Below, in pieces: positions 44,318 to 55,127 of a stretch of DNA of 64,000 bases. Position 1 is the first letter of the stretch; the number at the start of each line of letters is the position of its first letter. Below the pieces are notes generated by a model. That model worked only from the letters and a program-made list of their open reading frames with translations. It did no database searches and was not told where the DNA came from. The stretch is from an uncultured Gemmatimonadaceae bacterium (lineage in GTDB: Bacteria > Gemmatimonadota > Gemmatimonadetes > Gemmatimonadales > Gemmatimonadaceae), in assembly GCA_963829055.1 (NCBI GenBank), contig CAWHHI010000016.1:480001-544000 (forward strand). Direction: 5' to 3'. Made by a program: the position numbers and the translations under genes.

Positions 44318-46822
44318 GTGGGACCCCGGCGCTGGCTGATCGTCTCGGCGGTTTCCGTCGCGCTGTTTCTTCTCTTCGGGAAGGCGCTCGCCGGCGTCTA
44401 CGTCGACTATCGCTGGTTCGCCGCACTCGGCGCAGAATCGGTGTGGTGGGAGCGCGTCGAGAATCTGATGATCCTCCGCGGGCTCTCCGGACTGGTAGCC
44501 ACGGTCTTCTTCTTCCTGAACCTGTACGCCGTTAGGCACTCGGTCGTATCCCTCGTACTGCCGCGGCGCGTCGCTAACATCGAGATCGGTGAGGAGGTAC
44601 CGAGTCGGTATCTCCTGCTCGCGGTCATCGGCATGTCCGTGCTGTTCGGCGTGCTGCTCGCGTTTCCGCAGGACGACTGGACGTCGCTCGCGCTGGTCCG
44701 GTGGGGCCGGGCGTTCCGGGAAGCGGACCCGTACTTCGAATACGATCTCGGGTTCTGGACGTACTGGCTGCCGTTCGAGACGTCGTTGCACGTCTGGTCG
44801 CTCATTTCGCTGCTCGCGGCCACGACGGTGGTGGTGTTCCTCTACGCGTTGACGCCGAGCCTCAGGTGGGAGCGCGGCACGCTGCACGTGTCGGGCTACG
44901 TACGTCGCCACCTCTCCTTGTTAGGCGCGCTGCTCATCTTCCTGCTCGCCTGGAGCTACCGCCTCGACGGCCTCGGCCTCCTCATCACCGGCACGGGCCC
45001 CGCCGGCGCGTTCACGTCCGCCGATTGGAAGGTCGGCGTCCCCGCGAACTTCGTGCTCGCGTTCGTGACGGCAGCGGCGGCCGTGCTCGTGGGGTGGGCC
45101 GCGTGGACCGGCCAGATGCGCGTTGCCTTCGTCGCAGTGACGGTCGTGCTCGCGCTCTCGCTCGGGCTCCGACAGTTTCTGCCGCCGCTCGCGCAACGCC
45201 TCGCCGGACCCATAGACCCGGAGCTACGCGAGGCGGGATACCTCACCACCCGGGCGGGTTACACACGACGCGCCTACGCGGTGGATCGCGTCGTCGCTGG
45301 TGACAGTGCCGTATCGCGCATCGCACTGCCGTCGCTGCGAGAATCAGTGCAGTCCTTGTCCGAGTGGGATCCCGGCGCCATCAAACGCGCCATCGAGCGC
45401 AAGCGGCAGGGAATCGTCAGCGGCGCGATCGGCTGGGCGTCGGACAGCTCGCGGCTCGTCGCGGTTGCGGCGCAGCGCCCGACCGGCGCCGACGCCGTCG
45501 ATCCATTCACTCCGTGGACGGTGACGCGGTTGCGCGCATGGGCGGGTGACGATCGCGGCGGCATCACGAGCGTCAGCGGCGGTGGGGTAGAGGAAGGCGG
45601 TGCTATCCCAGCCGCGCTCGTGTACGACTCCGCGTCGGGCCCGCTGGTCGTTTCCGATCGCAACGGCGATGTCGACGCACCAGAGATCTCGCGCTGGCCG
45701 TCGCGACTCGCGCATGCGTGGGATCAGCAGAACATCCGGTTGATGTTCAGTGATGTGGACGTGCGAGAGCCGCGGATGATGTTGCATCGCGACGTGCACG
45801 ACCGGCTGCGAATGGTCGCACCGTTTTTCTGGCAATCGGCGCACCTAACGCCGATCGTCTTTCACGACTCGCTGTACTGGGCCGTGCACCTCTACTCGGC
45901 GTCCGATTACTACCCGCTCAGCGAGCACACGCGACTCGCCGGCGAGAACGTATCGTACCTTCGTCACGCGGCCACGGCGATCATCCAGGCGCATTCGGGT
46001 CACGTGACGCTGGTCGCGGATGCGGATTCCGTCCTCGATCCGATTGCCGCAACATGGGTGCGGCATTTCCCGGCGCTCTTCTCGACCTGGAGCGCCGTGC
46101 CCGCTTCCGTGGCCGCGAGCATTCCGCCACCGATCGAGAGCGCGGTCGCGCAGGCAGCGGCGTTTGCACGCATGGGCATGCGGGCAGAGCCATCTCCTGC
46201 CGCGCACCTGCCGGCATCGTTTGGCGGCGACACGTTGTTTGCTGGTGCGTGGCGTCCACTCCACCTCGCACCGCCTGACGCGCGCTTGTCATGGACAACG
46301 CCAGTGCTCGACGCCTCCGACCGGGTGTGGGGCCTCGTGGTGGCGGTCGGCGGGCCTCAGCCCGCGACGTACTGGTACTCGCTGAGCGAACCTCTGCTGC
46401 GTTGGCCGGCCGTGATCGAACGTCTGGCGCGTGTGCCGGAGACTCCCCCTCCGCCGCGCGACGTGCTCATGCGCCGGGGGCCCGTTCGCGTCGTTCCACT
46501 CCGCGGTGGGGCGGCGGTCTACATCCAGACGACGTACGCGTGGCGCTCGGACGCTGCACCGACGGTGGCGCGGGTGGCAATTCACGGAGCAGGCGCAACG
46601 CGGGATTCGGTCGCGTTCGGTGCTACGCTCGGTGACGCCGTCGGCGTCCGCCCCGAGCCACAGGACTCGAGCAGTGTCGCCCTCACGCCGGCCAATTTCC
46701 GCGTGCGCGTGAACGAGCTCTACACCACCATGCGCGACGCCCTCCGTCGCGGAGACTGGACCGCATTCGGTAAGGCGTACGAAGACCTTGGTCGAGTGCT
46801 TCGCGCGCCAGCGCCGAGATGA
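44318..46822 (+). CDS. UPF0182 family membrane protein
   Basis: DYRWFAALG, DPYFEYDLGFW..WLP, TRRAY, R..VAPF, YPLS, SYLR and a GDW.AFG C-terminus. Confidence 0.8.
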   Translation: MGPRRWLIVSAVSVALFLLFGKALAGVYVDYRWFAALGAESVWWERVENLMILRGLSGLVATVFFFLNLYAVRHSVVSLVLPRRVANIEIGEEVPSRYLLLAVIGMSVLFGVLLAFPQDDWTSLALVRWGRAFREADPYFEYDLGFWTYWLPFETSLHVWSLISLLAATTVVVFLYALTPSLRWERGTLHVSGYVRRHLSLLGALLIFLLAWSYRLDGLGLLITGTGPAGAFTSADWKVGVPANFVLAFVTAAAAVLVGWAAWTGQMRVAFVAVTVVLALSLGLRQFLPPLAQRLAGPIDPELREAGYLTTRAGYTRRAYAVDRVVAGDSAVSRIALPSLRESVQSLSEWDPGAIKRAIERKRQGIVSGAIGWASDSSRLVAVAAQRPTGADAVDPFTPWTVTRLRAWAGDDRGGITSVSGGGVEEGGAIPAALVYDSASGPLVVSDRNGDVDAPEISRWPSRLAHAWDQQNIRLMFSDVDVREPRMMLHRDVHDRLRMVAPFFWQSAHLTPIVFHDSLYWAVHLYSASDYYPLSEHTRLAGENVSYLRHAATAIIQAHSGHVTLVADADSVLDPIAATWVRHFPALFSTWSAVPASVAASIPPPIESAVAQAAAFARMGMRAEPSPAAHLPASFGGDTLFAGAWRPLHLAPPDARLSWTTPVLDASDRVWGLVVAVGGPQPATYWYSLSEPLLRWPAVIERLARVPETPPPPRDVLMRRGPVRVVPLRGGAAVYIQTTYAWRSDAAPTVARVAIHGAGATRDSVAFGATLGDAVGVRPEPQDSSSVALTPANFRVRVNELYTTMRDALRRGDWTAFGKAYEDLGRVLRAPAPR

Positions 46823-46860
46823 TGCGATGCACCCACCGAACGAGGCGCTCCGCGTGCGCC

Positions 46861-46889
46861 TTGCCCGTGTTTTCCGCCACCCATACCTT
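46861..46889 (+). promoter_or_regulatory. Possible sigma70-type promoter for sucCD
   Basis: TTGCCC-N17-TACCTT. Confidence 0.45.
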
Positions 46890-46943
46890 GCGCGCGCCAT
46901 GGCGATGCATGCCCGGCAGCGCTGACATTCACTCGGAGAGCAA

Positions 46944-48090
46944 GTGAACATCCACGAATACCAGGCGAAGGACATCCTGCGCGGTTACGGCGTTCCGATT
47001 CCGCCCGGTGATGTCGCGGCTACAGCCGACGAGGCCGAGCAGATCGCGCGGCGCATCGGGCGCACCGTCGTCGTGAAGGCGCAGGTGCATGCCGGCGGAC
47101 GCGGGAAAGCTGGCGGTGTGAAGCTCGCGAAAACGCCGGAAGAGGCGCGCGAGGTCGCCAGCCGCATCCTCGGCATGCAGATCAAGGGGCTGACGGTGCA
47201 GAAGGTGCTCGTCACCGACGCCGCCGATATCGCGAGCGAAGCCTATGTCGGCGTCATCCTCGACCGGGCGTCGAAAAAGCCGGTGTTCATGGTGAGTCCC
47301 GCGGGCGGTATCGACATCGAGGAAGTCGCCGCGAAGACTCCCGAGAAGATCATGCGGCTGCCCGATCGACACGCGATACGGGCTCATGCCGTTCCAGGCG
47401 ATGGAGCTCGGTTTCTTCCTGTATCCCGATGCGACCAAGGCGCGTGCGGCCTCGAAGATCATGAAGCAGCTGTACGATGCGTTCATGGCCACAGGGGCAT
47501 CGCTCGCCGAGATCAATCCGCTGGTCGTCACGCCCGCCGGCGATGTCATCGCGCTCGACGCGAAGATCTCCATCGATGACAACGAGCTGGATCGTCTGCC
47601 GAAGATCGCAGCGTTGCGCGATGAGTCCGCCGAGGAGCCGAGCGAGGTGCTGGCTCGTAAGGCGAACCTCACGTTCATCAAGCTCGATGGAAACGTCGGG
47701 TGCGTGGTGAACGGCGCGGGCCTCGCCATGGCGACGATGGACCTCGTCAAGTTCTACGGCGGCGAGCCGGCCAACTTCCTCGACATCGGCGGCTCGTCGA
47801 ATCCCGAGAAGGTCGTGAACGCGCTGCGCATCATCACTGCCGACCCTAACGTGAAAGCCATCCTGTTCAACATCTTCGGTGGCATCACGCGCACCGATGA
47901 CGTCGCGAACGGTATCGTCACGGCCACGAAGCAGAACCCACTCAAGGTGCCGATCGTGATCCGCCTAACGGGAACCAACGAGGAGATCGCGCTCAGGATT
48001 CTCACCGAGAACGGATTCTCGGCCATGACCGACATGGACGAAGCCGTGCAGCGCGCCGTGCAGCTGGCGACGGGAGGAAAGGCCGCGTGA
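46944..48090 (+). CDS. sucC: Succinyl-CoA synthetase beta subunit, with a +1 frameshift near 47362
   Basis: MNIHEYQAK and [14 protein letters not shown], then [20 protein letters not shown] and NIFGGI in ORF 47386..48090. Confidence 0.95.
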
Positions 48091-48956
48091 GCGTCTTCAT
48101 CGACAAGAACACGACGGTCATCGTCCAGGGCATCACCGGACGCGACGGCTCGTTCCACACGCGCCAGATGATCGAGTACGGTACGCGCATCGTCGCCGGA
48201 GTGACGCCGGGCAAGGGCGGGCAGAAGTTCGACGACAGCGTGCCGATCTTCAACACGGTTGCCGAGGCGGCGAAGGCGACGGGCGCCAACACGTCGGTGA
48301 TCTACGTGCCGCCCATGTACGCCGCCGACGCGATGATGGAAGCGGCCGACGCCGGCGTGACGCTGATCGTGGCGATCACCGAAGGCGTGCCCGTGCTCGA
48401 CATGACGCGCGTGTATCCGTTCGTCAAAGAGCGCGGCGCGCGATTGCTCGGCCCGAACTGTCCGGGACTCATCTCACCGGGGAAATCGAAGGTCGGCATC
48501 ATCCCCGGTCGCATCTGCACACCCGGGCCCGTCGGCGTCGTCAGCCGCTCCGGCACGCTCACGTACGAGATCGTCTACCAGCTCACGCGCGCGGGCATCG
48601 GCCAGACGACGTGCGTTGGCATCGGCGGCGACCCGATCAACGGCACGAACTTCATCGATTGCCTCGCGGCGTTCGAGAAGGATCCAGAAACGAAAGCCGT
48701 CGCGATGATGGGTGAGATCGGCGGCACGGACGAGCAGGAAGCTGCGCGCTTCGTGAAGGAGCACATGACGAAGCCGGTCGTCGGCTTCATCGCCGGACAA
48801 ACAGCGCCGCCAGGGCGCCGCATGGGACACGCCGGCGCGATCATCTCAGGCTCCGCTGGCACGGCCGCCGAGAAGATCCAGGCATTCGAGGAAGCGGGCA
48901 TGGGCGTGGCCCGCCGACCGATAGATTTCGTGGAGCTGATCAAAGCCCGACTTTGA
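48087..48956 (+). CDS. sucD: Succinyl-CoA synthetase alpha subunit
   Basis: [25 protein letters not shown] and RMGHAGA. Confidence 0.97.
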   Translation: MSVFIDKNTTVIVQGITGRDGSFHTRQMIEYGTRIVAGVTPGKGGQKFDDSVPIFNTVAEAAKATGANTSVIYVPPMYAADAMMEAADAGVTLIVAITEGVPVLDMTRVYPFVKERGARLLGPNCPGLISPGKSKVGIIPGRICTPGPVGVVSRSGTLTYEIVYQLTRAGIGQTTCVGIGGDPINGTNFIDCLAAFEKDPETKAVAMMGEIGGTDEQEAARFVKEHMTKPVVGFIAGQTAPPGRRMGHAGAIISGSAGTAAEKIQAFEEAGMGVARRPIDFVELIKARL

Positions 48957-49840
48957 AACTCTCGCATTTCATTCCCGCCAACCAGGTTGTCGTTCCGCTG
49001 CGCCATGACACGATCACGGGCGCAGCGGATGATCTGATCGAGCGGCTCGCGGCCGCCGGCGGCGTGCAGGACGTCGAGAAGCTGCGAACGCGCGTGGCTG
49101 AGGAGCGGCCGGAGGACATCGTCGCAATGGGCGACCGCGCGTTCCTGCTGCACTACCGGTCGGACGCGGTGACCGACCTTCGCGTCGTGCTGGGCACCGC
49201 GCGACAGCCGATCTGCCGGGAGCTCGGCGAGAACGAGCAGCAGTGCGCGCGCATCATGCTGCTGGTCGTCGCCCCGCGGAAGTTCGCGGCGGAATACCTG
49301 CAGCTCGTCGGCGCCTTCGCGCGCCTGTTGTCGAAGCAGCCTGTGGTCGATCAGCTGCTGGCGCAGCCCGATGCGCGGTCACTCGCGGCGCTCCCGGTCT
49401 TCCACGACTACGAGTTGCCCGCGCGTCTCACCGTGCGCGACATCATGACGGACCGACCCAAGACGATCGCCCCGGACACGGTACTCAAGGAAGCCGCCCG
49501 GGAAATGGTACGCCTCGGCGTGGGCGGCTTGCCGGTCGTCGATGGGGACGGGCTGGTTGTCGGCATGCTCGGCGAGCGCGAGTTGCTTCGCTCCCTGAGC
49601 GGTTATCTTCAGGGCGGCCGTGTGGACGGACCCCGGGCTCCGGGACTTCCAGCTGCACGTCCCACCGTCCGCGATGCCATGACCCGGCAGGTGCTCTGTG
49701 TGTCGCCGGACGAGGCCATCGCGGACGTCTCGTCGATGATGACCAACAAGGATGTCGACCGGGTTCCGGTGGTGCGCGATGGGCGCATCGTCGGCATGCT
49801 CACCCGCGGCGACATCGTTCGCAAACTTCTCGGGCACTGA
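48953..49840 (+). CDS. PTS EIIA-like domain fused to a CBS pair
   Basis: The N-terminal ~150 aa resemble EIIA(Ntr/Fru) (MKLSHFI...V.VPL, ...LLHYR..., ...[12 protein letters not shown]). The C-terminus is a tandem CBS pair (TVRDIMT...LPVVD...VGML; TVRDAMT...VPVV...GMLTRGDI). Confidence 0.75.
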   Translation: MKLSHFIPANQVVVPLRHDTITGAADDLIERLAAAGGVQDVEKLRTRVAEERPEDIVAMGDRAFLLHYRSDAVTDLRVVLGTARQPICRELGENEQQCARIMLLVVAPRKFAAEYLQLVGAFARLLSKQPVVDQLLAQPDARSLAALPVFHDYELPARLTVRDIMTDRPKTIAPDTVLKEAAREMVRLGVGGLPVVDGDGLVVGMLGERELLRSLSGYLQGGRVDGPRAPGLPAARPTVRDAMTRQVLCVSPDEAIADVSSMMTNKDVDRVPVVRDGRIVGMLTRGDIVRKLLGH

Positions 49841-49880
49841 AGCACGCTCCGAATCACCCTTCCTGAACCAACTTCTCGAC

Positions 49881-50309
49881 ATGGCCGGCAATCGCACGCT
49901 CACGATCATCAAGCCCGACGCCTTCGGCTCCGGGAAAGCAGGGAAGGTCATCGCGCACCTCGAGGCAGGGGGCTTTCGCGTCGTCGCGGCTCGCGTCACC
50001 CATCTGAGCGAAGCGGAGGCGGGTGCGTTCTATGAGGTGCATCGCGAGCGGCCGTTCTTCCGCTCCCTCGTGACGTTCATGACGTCTGGCCCGTGCATGC
50101 CCATGGTGCTCGAGCGCGACGATGCGGTCGCGGCCCTGCGCTCGGCCATTGGCGCCACTGACCCCGCAGAGGCGGCTGCCGGCACGGTGCGGAAGCTGTT
50201 TGCAGAGTCGAAGGAGCGAAACGCGATTCACGCGTCGGATTCGGACGAGAACGCCACGCGCGAAGCTGGCTTCTTCTTTTCCGAGACAGAGGTGATTCGC
50301 GCGCGGTAA
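49881..50309 (+). CDS. ndk: Nucleoside diphosphate kinase
   Basis: RTLTIIKPDA, FMTSGP and NAIHASDS. Confidence 0.97.
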   Translation: MAGNRTLTIIKPDAFGSGKAGKVIAHLEAGGFRVVAARVTHLSEAEAGAFYEVHRERPFFRSLVTFMTSGPCMPMVLERDDAVAALRSAIGATDPAEAAAGTVRKLFAESKERNAIHASDSDENATREAGFFFSETEVIRAR

Positions 50310-50348
50310 CCGGATACCTCGGAGTCTAAGTCTCGTTGGCAGGCTGAC

Positions 50349-50377
50349 TTGATCCGGCCCCTTTGGGGCGGTAGATT
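50349..50377 (+). promoter_or_regulatory. Possible promoter for the yceD-rpmF-plsX-fab run (near-leaderless)
   Basis: TTGATC-N17-TAGATT, with the ATG at 50386. Confidence 0.5.
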
Positions 50378-50385
50378 GCTTGGCT

Positions 50386-50895
50386 ATGCTGTGCTTTGAC
50401 ATTCGTTCGCTCGTCACAAAAGCCGTGCAGGTTGACGGCTACCTGGCGGTCGACGACCCGGTATGGCAAGAGGAAGACACACGTCCCTCTTCGCCGGTGC
50501 ACGTCGTTGGTCGCCTGTCGTCCGCCGGGGCCGACCGGTACTACTTCAGCGGTCATTTCGAAGGCGAGATGGCTGGTGAATGCAGGCGATGCTTGACGGA
50601 CGTGACCGTTTCGGTGGCGGATGACGTGCACCTCTTGTTCGTTGAGGCTGATACCGAAGGCGCCGACGATCCGGACGTGTACGTGGTTGACCCACGCTCT
50701 ATCGAGTTGGATTTACGTCCTGCCTTGCGCGAGCAATGGCTGCTTGCCGTTCCGGCGTTCGTAGAGTGCCGGGAGGACTGCAAGGGACTCTGTCCAACGT
50801 GTGGTACTGATTTGAACGCCGGCGAGTGCAACTGCGCGCCGGCTACTGACAGCCGATGGGATGCGCTGCGGAAGGTCCGCGGACAGTCCAACTAA
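50386..50895 (+). CDS. yceD: YceD/DUF177 family protein
   Basis: ECRRCL, CREDCKGLCPTCG and DSRWDAL, located upstream of rpmF. Confidence 0.9.
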   Translation: MLCFDIRSLVTKAVQVDGYLAVDDPVWQEEDTRPSSPVHVVGRLSSAGADRYYFSGHFEGEMAGECRRCLTDVTVSVADDVHLLFVEADTEGADDPDVYVVDPRSIELDLRPALREQWLLAVPAFVECREDCKGLCPTCGTDLNAGECNCAPATDSRWDALRKVRGQSN

Positions 50896-50925
50896 CGGCT
50901 CGACCTTTCGACGGAACTCAATTCC

Positions 50926-51108
50926 ATGGCCGTCCCAAAGCGCCGAACCTCCAAGCGGAAGAAGCGCGCCCGCAACACGCACAAGATCGCCCCCGCCATC
51001 GTCATCCAGCCATGTCCGCGCTGTCAGGCGATGCGTCGTCCGCACCACGTGTGCGGCGAATGCGGCTACTATGACGGGAAGCAGCGAGTAGCAGCTCGGG
51101 AAGCCTAG
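50926..51108 (+). CDS. rpmF: 50S ribosomal protein L32 (Zn-binding type)
   Basis: MAVPKRRTSK...CPRC...HHVCGECGYY. Confidence 0.96.
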   Translation: MAVPKRRTSKRKKRARNTHKIAPAIVIQPCPRCQAMRRPHHVCGECGYYDGKQRVAAREA

Positions 51109-51110
51109 CC

Positions 51111-52142
51111 TTGGCGCGGATCGCGCTGGATGCGATGGGGGGTGATTTTGCCCCCGATGCGGCGATTGCCGGAGCGCTCCATGCCATCCTCGAGCTGCCC
51201 GCCGAGCACACGCTTCAACTCGTCGGACCCAGCGACGTCGTTCGTGAGCGTGTCTCAGCGCTGAGTATCGGTGACCTGGCGGGTGCTGCTGCACTCACAA
51301 ATCGCATCGAGCTCATCGAGGCACCGGACGTCATCGAGATGTCCGAAAAGCCCTCGGCGGCCATGCGCAGCAAACCGAACAGTTCCATGGTCGTCGGCCT
51401 CAGGCTGCAGACCGAGGGACGCTCAGACGCGTTCATCTCCGCCGGCAACACCGGCGCCCAGATGGCCGCGTCAACTGTGTTGCTCAAGCTTCACGCAGGT
51501 CTCACGCGTCCTGCGATTGCTACGCTGTTCCCCACGGCGCTCCAGCCCATCGTCGTGCTCGACTCAGGGGCCAACGTCGACTGCTCCCCGCAGGAGCTCG
51601 TGCAGTTCGCGCGGCTGGGGGCGGTGTACGCCGAAGACGTGCTCGGGCGCCACAACCCGATCGTCGGACTGCTCAGCATCGGGGAAGAATCCGAGAAGGG
51701 CAATGCGGCCGTGAAGGAAGCGAACCTCCTGCTGCGAACGGCGGGTGTCAACTTTCAAGGCAACATCGAAGGCCGTGATCTGCCCGCGGGTGCCAGCGAT
51801 CGCGGCCCGATCGACGTCGTCGTCTGCGACGGATTCGTGGGCAACGTGCTCCTCAAGTTCTACGAGGCCATCGCACCGATGATGATCGGGCTGCTCACGC
51901 GGCACGAAGCACTCGATCCCGCCGCGCTGAAGGCCACGCTCAAGCACCTCGACTATTCCGAGTACGGCGGTGCGCCGTTGCTCGGCGTACGGGGTGTCAG
52001 TGTGATCTCTCACGGGAAGTCGTCGCCACGCGCGATAAAGAACGCCATCAAGCTCGCCGCACGATCCGTCGAGTCTCGCATGAGCGAGCACATTGGTCGT
52101 CGGCTCGGCGAAACGAACGGCAACGCAGGCTCGGTAGCGTGA
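51111..52142 (+). CDS. plsX: Phosphate acyltransferase PlsX
   Basis: IALDAMGGD, SAGNTGA, LDSGAN, DGFVGN and YGGAPLLG. Confidence 0.96.
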   Translation: MARIALDAMGGDFAPDAAIAGALHAILELPAEHTLQLVGPSDVVRERVSALSIGDLAGAAALTNRIELIEAPDVIEMSEKPSAAMRSKPNSSMVVGLRLQTEGRSDAFISAGNTGAQMAASTVLLKLHAGLTRPAIATLFPTALQPIVVLDSGANVDCSPQELVQFARLGAVYAEDVLGRHNPIVGLLSIGEESEKGNAAVKEANLLLRTAGVNFQGNIEGRDLPAGASDRGPIDVVVCDGFVGNVLLKFYEAIAPMMIGLLTRHEALDPAALKATLKHLDYSEYGGAPLLGVRGVSVISHGKSSPRAIKNAIKLAARSVESRMSEHIGRRLGETNGNAGSVA

Positions 52143-53128
52143 AGCGACCCATTGCGTACCTCGCGGGGACTGGACGTGCGGCCCCGGCGAAGGTGGTCAC
52201 GAACAACGACTTCGCCGCGTTAGGCCTCGAAACGTCGCACGAGTGGATCGTCGAGCGCACCGGCATCAGTGAGCGCCGGATCGCTGGCCCCGGAGAATCG
52301 ACGTGCTCGCTCGCGGCCACAGCGGCACGCACCGCCATGCAGCGCGCGCGTGTGACTCCGGGCGAGCTCGACGTGATCGTGCTCAGCACCGCCACGCCCG
52401 ATCGCCTGCTGCCTGCCACGGCCGTCGATGTGCAGGCGGCGCTCGGGGCGACGCGTGCGGCCGCGTTCGATATCTCTGCGGCATGCTCCGGCTTCCTCTA
52501 CGGCCTGCAGGTCGCCGAAGGGTTGATGTCCGCCGGCTCGCACGAGACGGTGCTAGTCGTGAGCGCCGAGAAGATGAGCGCGATCGTCGACTGGACGGAC
52601 CGTTCCACGTGCGTGCTGTTCGGTGACGGTGCAGGCGCGGCTGTCCTGCAGCGGTCAGAAGACGGGAAGGGCATCCTGTCGTCCTTCGTTCGCAGCGACG
52701 GAACGCTCGCCGAGCTCCTCTATCGGCCGGGCGGCGGCGCACTGGTGCCGTTCACAGAAGACGTGTTGAAGGATCGCAGCCACTATGTGAAGATGGCGGG
52801 CCGCGAAGTGTTCAAGCACGCGGTGCGCTCGATGGCCGAAGCCGCCGACCGCGCGCTCGATGCGGCACGCCTAACGGGCAACGATATCGACGTCATGATC
52901 CCGCACCAGGCGAACGTGCGCATCATCGAGGCGACCGCGAAGCACGCGAATATTCCGATGGACAAGGTCTACGTGAACGTCGATCGCTACGGCAATACGT
53001 CATCGGCATCGATCCCGATCGCGCTGGATGAGGCGATCGAGTGCGGGCGCGTCAAGGAGGGATCGACTGTGTTGATGGTCGCCTTCGGCGCCGGGTTCAC
53101 TTGGGGCTCCACGATCGTTCGCTTCTAG
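52139..53128 (+). CDS. fabH: 3-oxoacyl-ACP synthase III
   Basis: WIVERTGI, AACSGF, LFGDGAGA, HQAN and YGNTS. Confidence 0.96.
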   Translation: MKRPIAYLAGTGRAAPAKVVTNNDFAALGLETSHEWIVERTGISERRIAGPGESTCSLAATAARTAMQRARVTPGELDVIVLSTATPDRLLPATAVDVQAALGATRAAAFDISAACSGFLYGLQVAEGLMSAGSHETVLVVSAEKMSAIVDWTDRSTCVLFGDGAGAAVLQRSEDGKGILSSFVRSDGTLAELLYRPGGGALVPFTEDVLKDRSHYVKMAGREVFKHAVRSMAEAADRALDAARLTGNDIDVMIPHQANVRIIEATAKHANIPMDKVYVNVDRYGNTSSASIPIALDEAIECGRVKEGSTVLMVAFGAGFTWGSTIVRF

Positions 53129-53139
53129 TCCGTCACGTC

Positions 53140-54078
53140 ATGAACGTCGTTCTGCTGTTCCCGGGACAGGGATCGCAGAAGCCGGGTATGGGCAAGGATC
53201 TCGTCGAGACGCTTGCGCCTGCACGCGACACATTCGCGGCGGTGAATCAGGCCCTCGGCGAGTCGCTGAGCACACTCTGCTTCGACGGCCCCGCGGACAC
53301 GCTGACACTGACGCACAACGCGCAGCCGGCGTTGCTCGCGCACGGCGCCGCCGTGTGGGCTGCCGTCCGTGATCGCGTCGGTCCCCATGTTCGTGCCGCA
53401 GCCGGCCATTCGCTTGGCGAGTTCACCGCCTACCATGCCGCCGACGCGCTGGAGCTCACGCGCGCGGCGAGGCTCGTTAGGCGCCGCGGGGAGCTCATGC
53501 TCGAGAGCGGCGTTGAGCGACCGGGGACCATGGCGGCCATTCTCGGTGACGTCGCCGGTGGCATCGAAGCCGTGTGTGCGCAGGCCAGCGCGGAAGGCGG
53601 CTGCGTGGTGCCCGCGAACTACAACTCGCCGGGGCAGGTCGTGATCTCCGGCGAGATCGCGGCCGTGGAACGCGCAATGGAGATGGCGAAGGCCGCCGGC
53701 GCGAAGCGCGCCATTCGCCTCAACGTGAGTGGAGCGTTTCACTCGCCGCTCATGGAGGTCGCGCGCGGCGGGCTCGAACGTGCGCTCGACGACGCGGCGC
53801 TTCGTGATCCGACGTTCCCGGTCTACGCGAACGTCACAGCGGAGCCTGTGCATACGGCGACCGATGCTCGCCGCCTCCTTCTCGAGCAACTCACCGCACC
53901 CGTCGCCTGGACGCGCGTCGTCGAGCGGCTCGCGGCTGACTATCCGGACGCGCTGTACGTCGAGATGGGTCCGGGCAACGTTCTCACCGGACTCGTGAAG
54001 AAGATCGCGCCGACGTTGCAGACGACCACCTGCGGCACCATGGCCGAGGTGGACCAGTTGCTGGCGAGGGTCGCTTGA
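53140..54078 (+). CDS. fabD: Malonyl-CoA:ACP transacylase
   Basis: FPGQGSQ, GHSLGE, VSGAFHS and GPG. Confidence 0.96.
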   Translation: MNVVLLFPGQGSQKPGMGKDLVETLAPARDTFAAVNQALGESLSTLCFDGPADTLTLTHNAQPALLAHGAAVWAAVRDRVGPHVRAAAGHSLGEFTAYHAADALELTRAARLVRRRGELMLESGVERPGTMAAILGDVAGGIEAVCAQASAEGGCVVPANYNSPGQVVISGEIAAVERAMEMAKAAGAKRAIRLNVSGAFHSPLMEVARGGLERALDDAALRDPTFPVYANVTAEPVHTATDARRLLLEQLTAPVAWTRVVERLAADYPDALYVEMGPGNVLTGLVKKIAPTLQTTTCGTMAEVDQLLARVA

Positions 54079-54815
54079 TGCGCATCGACCTCACGGGGCG
54101 CGTGGCGCTCGTGACCGGCAGTACTCGGGGCATTGGCCGCGCGATTGCCGAGACGCTTGCCGGCTGCGGCGCGCGCGTTGCCATAGTGGGAAGGGACGCC
54201 GCCAGGGCTTCCGAGGTTGCCGCTCAGATCTCTCCGGAAGCGCGCGGGTTTGCATGCGACGTTGCCGATGTCGCGTCGGTGACTGCCCTGATCGCTGCAG
54301 TCGAGGGTGAGTTCGGCTCGCTCGACATCCTGGTGAACAACGCGGGCCTCACCCGTGACAACATCATGCTGCGGCTCAAGGACGAGGACTGGGATGCCGT
54401 GATCAACGCCAACTTGCGCGGAGCGTTCGCGACCATTCGCGCGGCGACCCGGGGCATGATGAAACGCCGTTGGGGACGGATCATCAACATCTCGAGCGTG
54501 GTCGGACTGGTGGGGAACAAGGGCCAGTCCAACTACGCTGCCAGTAAGGCGGGCTTGATCGGGCTCACGAAGTCAGTGGCCAAGGAGTTCGCCTCCCGGA
54601 ACATCCTGGCCAACGTCATTGCCCCCGGTTTCATCGAGACGGATATGACCGGCGCTATGACCGCGGAGGCCCGCGCGGCACTCACGGGAACGATCCCGTT
54701 GGAGCGGCTCGGATCACCGAGTGACATTGCCGGAATGGTAGCGTTTCTGGCGTCGGATCACGCCGCCTACATCACGGGTCAGGTACTCGTGATCGACGGG
54801 GGTATGGTGATGTAA
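54078..54815 (+). CDS. fabG: 3-oxoacyl-ACP reductase
   Basis: TGSTRGIG, NNAG, NYAASKAG and PGFIETDM. Confidence 0.96.
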   Translation: MRIDLTGRVALVTGSTRGIGRAIAETLAGCGARVAIVGRDAARASEVAAQISPEARGFACDVADVASVTALIAAVEGEFGSLDILVNNAGLTRDNIMLRLKDEDWDAVINANLRGAFATIRAATRGMMKRRWGRIINISSVVGLVGNKGQSNYAASKAGLIGLTKSVAKEFASRNILANVIAPGFIETDMTGAMTAEARAALTGTIPLERLGSPSDIAGMVAFLASDHAAYITGQVLVIDGGMVM

Positions 54816-54887
54816 CACTAGGCGTTGAAAACGGTTATTTTATCTTCCTTCAACATCCTTCCTATCCATCGCAAGAGGGAACTCGTC

Positions 54888-55127
54888 ATGGCGGACCACT
54901 CGGAGAAAGTGAAAGACATCATCGAGAAGGAACTCGGCGTCGAGCGTGAGAAGCTCACAAACGAAGCCAGCTTCATCGAGGATCTGGGTGCCGATAGCCT
55001 CGACATTGTCGAGTTGGTGATGGAGTTCGAGAAGGAGTTCAACATCGACATTCCCGACGAAGACGCTGAACGGCTTCGTACGGTTGGAGATGCGTTGGCC
55101 TATCTCAACGAAAAGGTCAAGGCGTGA
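54888..55127 (+). CDS. acpP: Acyl carrier protein
   Basis: [14 protein letters not shown], preceded by an AGAGGG Shine-Dalgarno-like sequence. Confidence 0.96.
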   Translation: MADHSEKVKDIIEKELGVEREKLTNEASFIEDLGADSLDIVELVMEFEKEFNIDIPDEDAERLRTVGDALAYLNEKVKA

